From contig ONJS01000002.1 in NCBI GenBank assembly GCA_900318205.1, positions 18,689 through 82,688 on the forward strand: DNA of 64,000 nucleotides, given 5' to 3'. The notes below the pieces were generated by a model. The model was not told where the DNA came from, did not search any database, and saw only the letters and a list, made by a program, of their open reading frames with translations. This document shows positions 9,239 to 19,798 of the stretch, one piece after another. Position 1 is the first letter of the stretch, and every line of letters begins with the position of its first letter. The translations under genes and the position numbers were made by a program. The stretch comes from an uncultured Prevotellaceae bacterium. Its GTDB lineage: Bacteria; Bacteroidota; Bacteroidia; Bacteroidales; Muribaculaceae.

Positions 9239-10153
9239 ATGAACAGATTTTATTTAACGGTTATTCTTTCGCTGGCTACGGTGACATCGCTCTCGGCTCA
9301 GATGCTCGTTGGGTCCTATAACATCAGGTATAAGGCTAGTAGTGACAGCATTAACGGCAATTTGTGGCAGAAGCGTTGTCAGGTCATGTGTGATCAGGTG
9401 AACTTCATGTCACCTGACATCTTTGGTGCCCAAGAGGTGCTACATGTCCAGTTGGTGGATATGCTCGCAGGGCTGGACGGCTATGACTATATCGGAGTGG
9501 GTCGTGATGACGGCAAGACCGCTGGCGAGTATGCAGCCATCTTTTATAAGACAGACAGGTTAAGGTTACTTGACCAGGGTAACTTTTGGATTAGCGAGAC
9601 CCCTGATCGTCCGGGACTGGGTTGGGATGCGGCTTGTGTCCGCATCTGCACTTGGGGCAAGTTTGCTGCTCAGACAGCCAGCAACGACGAGGCCTTCTTT
9701 TTCTTCAACCTCCATATGGACCACGTCGGTGTCACGGCACGCCGTGAAGGTGCCAAACTGATCGTCAGCAAGATACGTGAGATTGCCCAAGGTGCACCAG
9801 TCATTGTCACGGGCGACTTCAACGTGGACCAGAACGATGAGATTTACAGCATCTTTACCAAATCGGGACTCTTGAAGGATTCTTACGCTGCCACGCGTCT
9901 GCGTTTCTGTGAGAACGGCACGTTCAACTCCTTTGACACCGACCTTTATACCGAAAGCCGCATTGACCACATCTTTGTATCCCCTTCATTTAATGTGGAT
10001 GCTTACGGCGTGCTTACCAACAGTTATTGGGCTCCCAATGCCGATTCATCAACCCAACTCAAGGGACATGACGCGCCACAGGAGATTAACTTCAGCAAGT
10101 ATTCCCGCCGTCAACCCTCGGACCATTACCCGGTATTCGTGCGCCTTAACTAA
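9239..10153 (+). CDS. Secreted endonuclease/exonuclease/phosphatase family protein
   Basis: SYNIR, GAQE, GDFN, RIDHIF, SDHYP motifs; signal peptide; TAAATTTG at 9202-9209. Confidence 0.9.
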   Translation: MNRFYLTVILSLATVTSLSAQMLVGSYNIRYKASSDSINGNLWQKRCQVMCDQVNFMSPDIFGAQEVLHVQLVDMLAGLDGYDYIGVGRDDGKTAGEYAAIFYKTDRLRLLDQGNFWISETPDRPGLGWDAACVRICTWGKFAAQTASNDEAFFFFNLHMDHVGVTARREGAKLIVSKIREIAQGAPVIVTGDFNVDQNDEIYSIFTKSGLLKDSYAATRLRFCENGTFNSFDTDLYTESRIDHIFVSPSFNVDAYGVLTNSYWAPNADSSTQLKGHDAPQEINFSKYSRRQPSDHYPVFVRLN

Positions 10154-10227
10154 ATTTAATCATCTAATCATGGTGTAATGTGCCAAAAAAGCATTACCTT
10201 TGCCAATTCTTGGCAAAAGAAAAAGCT

Positions 10228-11286
10228 ATGATTAGTCCAATTATTGAGGAAAAGACCATTGAACGCTTGCGCGCTTATATCAACAGTGCGCAGCGCATTG
10301 TCATCACCTGTCACAAGTCACCCGATGGTGACGCATTGGGGTCATCGCTGGCACTGTGCCATATCCTCAGGCGCTTGGGCAAGGATGTCGTGGTTGTCAC
10401 TCCCGACATGGCTCCCAAATCGCTGGAATTCATCCCGGGGGTGCGTGAGCTGGTGGTGTACACCAAGCATGAGTTGCGAGCCCGTAATGTCTTGAAGGAT
10501 GCACAACTGCTCTTCTGCCTTGACTTCAATTCCATGAAGCGCATCGACCGTCTCGCCGAACTGGTGGGGCCGCTCAACGTGCGCCGTGTCCTGATTGACC
10601 ATCATCTCGATCCTGATGATGACTTCGATATCTCCATCTCTTTTCCTGAATCGTCATCAACATGTGAGTTGGTTTTCCGCGTGCTGATGCAGATGGGACT
10701 CTTACGCATGATGGACCGTCATGCCGCAAGTTGCCTCTATGTGGGACTGTTGACCGATACGGGAGGCTTTGCCTATAGTTGTGACAACCCCGAGTTTTAT
10801 GAGATTTTGGCGTCAATCCTGAGGCGACGCATCGATCGCATCGGCCTGTACAATAAGGCGATGAACACTTTCAGCGCCGACAGCGTGCGGCTGCAGGGCT
10901 ATGCGCTCAGCGAGAAGATGGAACTCTTCCCCGAGCAGGGTGCTGCCCTCATTACATTGAGCAAGGAGGAACTGGAGCGTTTCAATTACAACCGTGGTGA
11001 CACCGAGACACTGGTCAACAAGCCGCTGGCTATCCCCGAGATTTATTGGAGTGTCTTCCTGCGCGAGGATGCTGACAAAATCAAGGTGTCATGCCGCTCC
11101 CAGGGCGATTTCTCGGTGAGCGACATCTGTGCCCGTTATTTCAATGGCGGTGGCCACTTCAATGCTGCCGGCGGTGATTATGTGGGCTCGCTTGATGAAG
11201 CGATTGCGGCCTTTCATCAGGTCCTTAACGACCTCTTTCCCGATAACGACAATTCCCAGGAACAATCAATACAAGAACAAGAATAA
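10228..11286 (+). CDS. nrnA: DHH/DHHA1 phosphoesterase (NrnA-like nanoRNase/pAp phosphatase)
   Basis: HKSPDGDALGS, IDHH, TDTG, GGGHFNAAG. Confidence 0.88.
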   Translation: MISPIIEEKTIERLRAYINSAQRIVITCHKSPDGDALGSSLALCHILRRLGKDVVVVTPDMAPKSLEFIPGVRELVVYTKHELRARNVLKDAQLLFCLDFNSMKRIDRLAELVGPLNVRRVLIDHHLDPDDDFDISISFPESSSTCELVFRVLMQMGLLRMMDRHAASCLYVGLLTDTGGFAYSCDNPEFYEILASILRRRIDRIGLYNKAMNTFSADSVRLQGYALSEKMELFPEQGAALITLSKEELERFNYNRGDTETLVNKPLAIPEIYWSVFLREDADKIKVSCRSQGDFSVSDICARYFNGGGHFNAAGGDYVGSLDEAIAAFHQVLNDLFPDNDNSQEQSIQEQE

Positions 11287-11864
11287 TGAGACAAAAAATC
11301 AGTTATTGCATCTTGATGGGCATCTTTGCCCTCACACTGTTGTCATCGTGCAACAACGACCAGAGCTATGCCGACCGCTTGAATGAGGAACGCAATGCAG
11401 TTAATGCTTATCTTGCTAACCAACGAGTGGTGATGTCGGTGCCCAAAGACTCCGTTTTTGAGGTGGGCGAGAATGCTCCGTTCTATCGTGTTGACGCCGA
11501 TGGTAACGTCTTTATGCAGGTGCTTGATGCCGGTGACAGGAAGAATGACAAAGCCAAGAACGGCGAGCCCATCTACTTCCGCTATTCGCGCTACAACCTT
11601 GCCACCTGGTATGCCGATGGCACCTGGTCGATCTATAGCGGCAATGAGACCGCCATGGATGCCATGTCGTGCTCGTTCAACTATGGCGATTACACTTTGC
11701 CCAGCTCTTCACAGTGGGGCTATGGACTGCAGTTCCCCCTGCTGTTCCTTGGGGTCGAGTGTGAGGTAAATCTCGTCATCAAGTCGCAATATGGCTTCAC
11801 CAATGAGATATCCTATGTGACGCCATTCTTCTACCATGTCCGCTACTACCACAGCATGATTTAA
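11286..11864 (+). CDS. Bacteroidales lipoprotein, DUF4827-like
   Basis: LLSSC lipobox; usual neighbour between nrnA and glmM in Bacteroidales (from memory). Confidence 0.7.
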   Translation: MRQKISYCILMGIFALTLLSSCNNDQSYADRLNEERNAVNAYLANQRVVMSVPKDSVFEVGENAPFYRVDADGNVFMQVLDAGDRKNDKAKNGEPIYFRYSRYNLATWYADGTWSIYSGNETAMDAMSCSFNYGDYTLPSSSQWGYGLQFPLLFLGVECEVNLVIKSQYGFTNEISYVTPFFYHVRYYHSMI

Positions 11865-11968
11865 ATCAGTGAGGACTTAGAAGTGAGGAGTAAGGAATTG
11901 GCATCTGCGATCAATACCTTTACTCCTTAATCGCTTTTAACATCCCACATCTAACTTCTAACAATAAA

Positions 11969-13354
11969 ATGTCATTAATCAAGTCTATTTCAGGCATTCG
12001 CGGCACCATCGGCGGTAAAGCCGGTGACGGCCTTTCGCCGCTCGATATCGTAAAATTCACTTCGGCTTACGCCACTTTCATGCGTCGCAACTCTCCCGTG
12101 CAGTCCAACGTCATCGTCGTTGGACGTGACGCCCGCTTGTCGGGTCGCATGGTGTTGAACACCGTGGTCGGCACACTCATGGGTATGGGCTTTGACGTGG
12201 TCAACATCGGTCTTGCCACCACTCCCACCACCGAATTGGCTGTCGTGGGCGAGCACGCTTGTGGTGGCATCATCATCACGGCTTCCCACAACCCCAAGCA
12301 GTGGAATGCCCTCAAGCTCCTCAACCACAATGGTGAATTCCTCACCGATGCCGAGGGTAAAGAGGTACTCCGTCTTGCTGAGGCCGAGGACTTTGACTAT
12401 GCCGACGTGGACCACCTGGGTCGCGAGCAGAAGAACTATACCTGGCTGCGCCGTCACATTGATCAGGTGCTGGCACTTGACCTCGTTGATGTTGAAGCCA
12501 TCCGCAAAGCCGACTTCACCGTGGCTGTTGATGCAGTCAACTCGGTGGGTGGTGTTGCCATTCCCCAGTTGTTGCATGCACTGGGCGTGAAGAAGGTAGA
12601 AAAACTCTTCTGTGATCCCACGGGCAACTTCGGCCACACACCGGAGCCGATTCCCCAGAACCTGACCGCTATCAGTGACTTCATGCGTCAGGGCAAAGCC
12701 GATGTCGGTTTTGTCGTGGATCCCGATGTGGACCGCCTGGCCATTGTCATGGAAAATGGTGAGTTCTTTGTTGAGGAATATACCCTCGTGGCTGTCGCCG
12801 ACTATGTGCTGGCTCACACGCCTGGCTCGACCGTGAGCAACCTGTCCTCGTCGCGTGCTTTGCGTGACGTGACCAACAACCATGGTTGCACCTATACGGC
12901 TGCTGCCGTCGGTGAGGTCAATGTGACTACCGAGATGCGCCGCACGGGTGCTGTCATCGGTGGTGAGGGCAACGGTGGTGTCATCTATCCCGCCAGCCAT
13001 TACGGTCGCGATGCCCTCGTGGGCGTGGCTCTCTTCCTGTCGCTGCTTGCCAAGAGCGGTAAGACCGTCAGCCAGCTGAAGGCTACCTATCCGCAATACA
13101 GCATCGCCAAAACCAAACTCGAACTCAAGCCCGAGATGGACGTTGATGCCATCCTCAAGGCTGTCGAGAAGCATTATCAGGGCGAGCAGATGACCACCAT
13201 TGATGGTGTGAAGATTGACTTTGCCGACAGTTGGGTACACCTGCGCAAGAGCAACACTGAGCCCATCATCCGCATCTACAGCGAGGCTCATACGATGGAG
13301 GAGGCCGAACGACTCGGCGAGGACGTAAAGCAAATCGTCCTTTCCCTTATCTGA
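11969..13354 (+). CDS. glmM: Phosphoglucosamine mutase
   Basis: SISGIRG, TASHNP, DPDVDR, GGEGNGG. Confidence 0.9.
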   Translation: MSLIKSISGIRGTIGGKAGDGLSPLDIVKFTSAYATFMRRNSPVQSNVIVVGRDARLSGRMVLNTVVGTLMGMGFDVVNIGLATTPTTELAVVGEHACGGIIITASHNPKQWNALKLLNHNGEFLTDAEGKEVLRLAEAEDFDYADVDHLGREQKNYTWLRRHIDQVLALDLVDVEAIRKADFTVAVDAVNSVGGVAIPQLLHALGVKKVEKLFCDPTGNFGHTPEPIPQNLTAISDFMRQGKADVGFVVDPDVDRLAIVMENGEFFVEEYTLVAVADYVLAHTPGSTVSNLSSSRALRDVTNNHGCTYTAAAVGEVNVTTEMRRTGAVIGGEGNGGVIYPASHYGRDALVGVALFLSLLAKSGKTVSQLKATYPQYSIAKTKLELKPEMDVDAILKAVEKHYQGEQMTTIDGVKIDFADSWVHLRKSNTEPIIRIYSEAHTMEEAERLGEDVKQIVLSLI

Positions 13355-13412
13355 TTGATGCTTGCTGCGCTCGCAGTTTAGAGTATAGTGGAGGCATCCG
13401 CACTTTGGGGTG

Positions 13413-13534
13413 CACGCTAAGCCGCTAAACCTTTTATTGCTCGCAAGGAGCTCGCAAGAAATAAAGAATTTTATCATTTGCGAGCCCCTTGCGAGCAACA
13501 TTTATATCTTAGCGGCTTGGCGGCTTAGCGTGAG
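13413..13534. repeat. Nested imperfect palindrome, REP/MITE-like
   Basis: Inner arms 13437-13457 and 13478-13498 (21 bp, 1 mismatch); outer arms 13413-13425 and 13520-13532 (13 bp perfect). Confidence 0.8.
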
Positions 13535-13630
13535 ATTGTGTGGGACACTAAGGTTGATATTTTACTCAAGTGGTTGACTTATTTGGCAGGTGGGTGACAA
13601 TTTGTCGCCTGCCTGTCACTTTATAGTGGC

Positions 13631-13647
13631 TTGGCACACTCGTTGCA
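13631..13647 (+). promoter_or_regulatory. Sigma-54-type -24/-12 promoter upstream of groES
   Basis: TTGGCACACTCGTTGCA fits TGGCAC-N5-TTGCW. Confidence 0.6.
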
Positions 13648-13707
13648 GTCTTGCAGAGCGTGATAAAAACAACATAAAATAACTTATTAAACTGTTTTAA
13701 AGTAATC

Positions 13708-13980
13708 ATGACTATTAAACCATTAAATGACCGCGTTCTCATCGAACCGGCTAAGGCTGAAGAAGTTGTCGGCGGCATCATCATCCCCGACAGTGCAAAG
13801 GAAAAACCTCTCAAGGGCAAAGTGCGTGCTGCTGGTAATGGCACCAAGGACGAGGAAATGATCGTTAAGCCCGGTGATACCGTTCTCTATGGCAAGTATG
13901 CTGGCAATGAGATTGAGATTGACGGTGAGAAACTGTTAATGATGCGCCAGAACGACATCCTGGCCATCGTCGTTGAATAA
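13708..13980 (+). CDS. groES: Co-chaperonin GroES
   Basis: [27 protein letters not shown]. Confidence 0.98.
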   Translation: MTIKPLNDRVLIEPAKAEEVVGGIIIPDSAKEKPLKGKVRAAGNGTKDEEMIVKPGDTVLYGKYAGNEIEIDGEKLLMMRQNDILAIVVE

Positions 13981-14049
13981 TTTTCAGGCTTTAGACTTTA
14001 GGTCTCAGGCTTTTGGAACTGACAACAGAAAACTGACTATTAAAACTAA

Positions 14050-15699
<1,650 letters not shown>

Positions 15700-15743
15700 T
15701 CCCCCTAACGGCTGTTTCATAGCATTATAGTTTTATATGGTTA

Positions 15744-15778
15744 CCCCTGCTGACGCACTCGCCAGCAGGGGCTTTTTT
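15744..15778 (+). terminator. groEL intrinsic terminator
   Basis: cccctgctg / cagcagggg stem followed by T tract. Confidence 0.9.
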
Positions 15779-15885
15779 GTGCCTAAAAGTCTCTGATTAT
15801 CTTCGTTTTTAACCTTATACGTACCATCATCGCCCTTTTTTTAAAATAATGTGTTAATCGTTCTTGATAATTACTAAAAAAGTTG

Positions 15886-15893
15886 TATTTTTG
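15886..15893 (+). promoter_or_regulatory. -7 box TATTTTTG heading the signalling cluster
   Basis: Consensus match; CTTG at 15863-15866 with a 19 nt spacer. Confidence 0.65.
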
Positions 15894-15952
15894 CAGTTGC
15901 TTAATGGATTAGTCAAGTTTTACTCTTATATACTTACAAAAATTGTGCTTTA

Positions 15953-16318
15953 ATGGAACAACAACGTTTGATATTCAATTCACGGGATGAGTTGTTGCGT
16001 ATTGACGTGCCGCGTATCGTTTACTATGAGGCGGACGGTAACTATACCTATATTGTGACAAGCAATAAGCTCAAGAGCGCTGTTTGCATGAACCTCGGCC
16101 AGATGGAGGAGGTGCTCGCCCAGCGGTTGAAGGAGAAGAAATGCCTCTTTGCCCGCATCGGCAAGAAGTATATTATCAACTTGAGTTATGTCTATAGGAT
16201 TAACCCGCTCAAGAAACAATTGGTGCTTTCCGACTTTAATAATTTCTCCTTCCAGCTTGATGTTTCCAAGGAAGCATTGAAGAACCTCAAGGAGATCATG
16301 GCTCACATTAAGATTTAA
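15953..16318 (+). CDS. Stand-alone LytTR DNA-binding protein (no receiver domain)
   Basis: IVYYEADGNYT and FARIGKKYIINL match the LytTR pattern; only 121 aa. Confidence 0.85.
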   Translation: MEQQRLIFNSRDELLRIDVPRIVYYEADGNYTYIVTSNKLKSAVCMNLGQMEEVLAQRLKEKKCLFARIGKKYIINLSYVYRINPLKKQLVLSDFNNFSFQLDVSKEALKNLKEIMAHIKI

Positions 16319-16324
16319 ACTTCG

Positions 16325-17002
16325 ATGGAACTGATTATTGGAAGAGACGGAGCAACAGCTAAGCTGAAAGTGGTTGATGGCACCGAGGTGAAGCTCTATG
16401 GCGAAGCCGCCAGTGTGCCCGTTGACGTTAGCCGTCAGCACTGTCAGCTCACCGCAATCGATGATAACACTTTTATCATCAGGAACATCAAGGCTGCCAA
16501 CGTGACCTGGGTCAACGGCATTGAAGTCCAGACCAAGAGAATCACCCGTGAAGATAAGGTCCAGCTTGGACAGAGCCGTTACTTGCTGCCGCTTGACGAG
16601 ATCCTGGAGCAGATCAAGCCCAATATTGTTGATATCAGCCCGCTCAAAGCGGTTTGGGAGAAATACAATACAAGCACTATTGCCATCAGAAAGCGCCAGC
16701 AGACCAATAACCTCTTGTCAAGAATTCCCATTTTCATGACGATGCTGGGTGGTGTGCTCATTGCCTTGAACGAGGCGATACGGCCTTATTCCATCACGTT
16801 CACTGTGATTGCCCTGTTGATCATGGCGTACGGTTTCTACCGCCAGGCAACCGATCGGGCTATTGACAAGCAGGAACAGTTGAAAAAGCAGTTCCAGCGC
16901 GACTACGTTTGTCCCAAGTGCGGCCGATTCTTGGGCTTTGTGGACTATGACTTGCTTCACCAGAACAAGAATTGCCCTGGCTGCAAGGCCAAGTATTTAT
17001 AA
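16325..17002 (+). CDS. FHA domain + two TM helices + C-terminal CxxC..CxxC zinc finger
   Basis: IIGRD, VSRQH, TWVNG (FHA); two hydrophobic segments; CPKC and CPGC. Confidence 0.85.
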   Translation: MELIIGRDGATAKLKVVDGTEVKLYGEAASVPVDVSRQHCQLTAIDDNTFIIRNIKAANVTWVNGIEVQTKRITREDKVQLGQSRYLLPLDEILEQIKPNIVDISPLKAVWEKYNTSTIAIRKRQQTNNLLSRIPIFMTMLGGVLIALNEAIRPYSITFTVIALLIMAYGFYRQATDRAIDKQEQLKKQFQRDYVCPKCGRFLGFVDYDLLHQNKNCPGCKAKYL

Positions 17003-17082
17003 GTGATTATCATTTCATACATTAATCCAACTATTTTGTCCAATATACTTTATATTGTTTGGATATCACGATAGCCGATGAT

Positions 17083-17090
17083 TAATTTTG
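17083..17090 (+). promoter_or_regulatory. Internal promoter TAATTTTG with TTTG at 17058-17061
   Basis: Full TTTG-N21-TAnnTTTG consensus. Confidence 0.7.
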
Positions 17091-17129
17091 CATCAACAAA
17101 ATGATTAACGGAACTAAAATTGAAAGATT

Positions 17130-18452
17130 ATGGTAAACGAAGAAACTATCTACACAGGCAACGCCCAACAAGGAAAGTCTAGTGAGGGTGCTCTGCAGAA
17201 TATCGTCGGCAAGACGTGGAAGCCTGTCACCATCGGTGGCACCGCTGGTATTTTATTGGGTGCCGGAGCTCTCTTGGCCCAGCACACCATCGCATTGAAT
17301 GCCGACGCCAAGTCTTCGGCTCCTGCCGATGACGTGATGAATAAGGTGACCCCGAGCCCTGTCGAGGAAAAAGTGGCTGAGGAGGCTATCATCGAGGATC
17401 AAACCGCCCTGCGCGTTGCTACGGTTAGCGATGACTTGACCTTTGAGCAGGCATTTACCCAGGCTCGCGAGATGGTGGGTCCTGGTGGCGTTTTCCACTG
17501 GCATGGTGCCATCTTCAGCACCTATACTGCTGATGAATGGGACGAGATGACCGATGAAGAAAGAGACCATTTTGCCGAGAGCGTACGCCCCGAGGTTGAT
17601 GCCAGCCAAGTCGATGCCGAGCAGCTCGCTTCGGTTGATGATGACATTGAACCCGACTCTGATATCGATGATGAGGGTGGCGAGGTTTTCGCCGATGTGG
17701 AAGTTGACCAGAACCAGGTGGCTGACCAGGATGTTGCCGATGTGCCCGTGCACGAAGCAAACGAAGAATTCATCCAGGCCGACATCCGTGAGGCCGAAGG
17801 TGGCTTTGCTCTCGCCGACGAGGTGGATGAGGATGTCGTTATTGCCGACAATGACGAGATGGTTCAGGATATCGCTATGATTGACGAGGAATTTAATGAG
17901 GATATCGCTGTAGCCGAAGATATGGCAGTTGCTGAAGATCTCGCAGTCGCCGAGGATGTTGCCGTAACTGAGGATATTGAGGTAGCCGAGGATGTCGCTG
18001 TTGCTGATGAAGACGCTGCTGCAGCCGACGATTCCTTTGCCCTCGATGAAATGTTCAACCTCAAGGCCGAGGACGATGTCGCTATGGCCAACGGTACCAA
18101 GAGCTCTCCTGATGCTGATCATCACGACAAATTTGAGGACTTCATCTCTGATGATGTGGTTCGCATTGTAGGTTATGGCGAGTTTGACGGTCACGCTGTT
18201 CGTGGTCTGGACCTGGATGGTGACCTCATTGCCGACGTTGCCGTGATCGACGTGGATGATTCTGGCGACCTCTCAAGAGACGATATCGTGGTTGAAGAAG
18301 GCAACGGCAACATGACTACCTACGGCGAACTTCATGACTTTGCCATGAACCAGCTTCAGGGTGCTCACGATGATGCCCATGACAATATGCCTAATCCTGA
18401 TGTCGCCGAGGATATGCCCGACTACATGGATGATGCCATCGCACAACTCTAA
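17130..18452 (+). CDS. Highly acidic protein with N-terminal hydrophobic segment, tandem repeat and DxDxD motifs
   Basis: Strong D/E bias; GTAGILLGAGALLA segment; DLDGDLIAD and DVDDSGD motifs. Confidence 0.75.
   Translation: MVNEETIYTGNAQQGKSSEGALQNIVGKTWKPVTIGGTAGILLGAGALLAQHTIALNADAKSSAPADDVMNKVTPSPVEEKVAEEAIIEDQTALRVATVSDDLTFEQAFTQAREMVGPGGVFHWHGAIFSTYTADEWDEMTDEERDHFAESVRPEVDASQVDAEQLASVDDDIEPDSDIDDEGGEVFADVEVDQNQVADQDVADVPVHEANEEFIQADIREAEGGFALADEVDEDVVIADNDEMVQDIAMIDEEFNEDIAVAEDMAVAEDLAVAEDVAVTEDIEVAEDVAVADEDAAAADDSFALDEMFNLKAEDDVAMANGTKSSPDADHHDKFEDFISDDVVRIVGYGEFDGHAVRGLDLDGDLIADVAVIDVDDSGDLSRDDIVVEEGNGNMTTYGELHDFAMNQLQGAHDDAHDNMPNPDVAEDMPDYMDDAIAQL
17898..18005 (+). repeat. Six degenerate 18 bp tandem units encoding EDx(A/E)V(A/T)
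   Basis: gaggatatcgctgtagcc, gaagatatggcagttgct, gaagatctcgcagtcgcc, gaggatgttgccgtaact, gaggatattgaggtagcc, gaggatgtcgctgttgct. Confidence 0.9.
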
Positions 18453-18481
18453 TCAACACTGCCGATAAAGACTCTGACAGC

Positions 18482-19276
18482 ATGCGACGTCTCATTCACA
18501 ACCTGGTCCTGCTCTTGACAATCGCCATGATGTGTCAAGGTGCTGTAGCCCGCAACTATATCCTGTGTGTGGGACTGGACGCCTATCCCAAGAAGGTGGG
18601 ACGTTATCGCGTCAAGTCGCTTAATGTCAGTGCCAACGATGCCAGGGTGGTAAATAAGGTCTTTGCTGCCAATGGCTTCAGCACCTCGCTTTTAACCGAT
18701 AGCGCTGCTACAATCGATGCTGTGCTGAGGACGATGAAATATCGCTTCTATACGGCCAAGAGTGATGACATGGTTGTCTTCTACTTCAGCGGCCACGGCA
18801 CTGAGGACGGATTGCTCTGTTATGACCAGGTGTTGAAGAACGAAGCGATTGTCAATGTCTTGAAGCAGTGCAAGGCCAAGACCAAGATGGTGATTGTTGA
18901 TGCTTGCTATTCCGGTATCATGCGCACCGACTCGGTTTGGCATAAGGCTTTCGGCAATGAAAATGTAATTTTGTTCCTTTCGTCCCGCAATCAAGAGGAA
19001 TCTTTCGAAACCGGATATAGCAACAGTTTGTTTACCATGTATCTTGAACGCGGGTTGCGAGGTGGTGCCGATACCAACAAGGACAGCAGTATCACACCCA
19101 AGGAATTATTTGAATTTGTGCACAACGGTGTCAGCACCGATGGCATGTTCACTTCACGCCAGCACCCCGTGATGTGGGGACGGTTTGATGGTGACAGCCC
19201 CATTATGATATGGAAGAATAAGAAAAACAAGAGTAACGAGACTAAACAGGAAATAGAAGATGCCACAAACTATTAA
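18482..19276 (+). CDS. Caspase-like (peptidase C14) protease with signal peptide
   Basis: FYFSGHG (His) and IVDACYSG (Cys) dyad; N-terminal signal peptide. Confidence 0.88.
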   Translation: MRRLIHNLVLLLTIAMMCQGAVARNYILCVGLDAYPKKVGRYRVKSLNVSANDARVVNKVFAANGFSTSLLTDSAATIDAVLRTMKYRFYTAKSDDMVVFYFSGHGTEDGLLCYDQVLKNEAIVNVLKQCKAKTKMVIVDACYSGIMRTDSVWHKAFGNENVILFLSSRNQEESFETGYSNSLFTMYLERGLRGGADTNKDSSITPKELFEFVHNGVSTDGMFTSRQHPVMWGRFDGDSPIMIWKNKKNKSNETKQEIEDATNY

Positions 19277-19787
19277 CATCAAGTGCCCGGGATGCGGCGT
19301 AGTATTGAGAGTGACCAATTCCAAGGACGAGGCCGAGAAACGTATCGCATGCCCCAAGTGCGGTAAGCGATTGATCGTTCCGTTCTATAAGCTCAAGCCC
19401 GAAGACGGTGAGACCCAGTTGGATGGCAAGGAAGGCAGCCAGTCGACCCAGATGTGTGGTGATGACCTGCTGCAGTCATGCTATCTCTTGTTTGAAGGTA
19501 AGGAATACGAACTGTCTATCGGCAGCAACACGGTAGGGCGCTCGGCATCCACCTCAATTGCCGATGTGCAGATTGAAACCGACGACTTGTTCATGAGCCG
19601 TGAACATGCTGTCATCAATGTTCGCCGTCTGCCCAATGGCGGTCTCAAGATAGACATCTCCAACTTCAAGAACAAGAATACCACCAAGGTTAACGATTAC
19701 CGTCTTGAAAGTGATGATGCCATCGTGCTGCATGACGGAGACACCGTTGAGATGGGCAGCACGTCCATGACTTTTCACACCAAATAA
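19260..19787 (+). CDS. Zinc-ribbon + FHA domain protein
   Basis: CPGC..CPKC; VGRS, MSREH, NTTKVN; overlaps the caspase gene by 17 bp. Confidence 0.85.
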   Translation: MPQTINIKCPGCGVVLRVTNSKDEAEKRIACPKCGKRLIVPFYKLKPEDGETQLDGKEGSQSTQMCGDDLLQSCYLLFEGKEYELSIGSNTVGRSASTSIADVQIETDDLFMSREHAVINVRRLPNGGLKIDISNFKNKNTTKVNDYRLESDDAIVLHDGDTVEMGSTSMTFHTK

Positions 19788-19798
19788 TTGAACACGAG

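Noticed and set aside
13631-13677. CIRCE element before groES
   Set aside because: It does not match TTAGCACTC-N9-GAGTGCTAA in sequence or spacing; the sigma-54 reading fits better.
17898-18005. Possible CRISPR-like array
   Set aside because: Degenerate in-frame coding repeats with no spacers and no cas genes.
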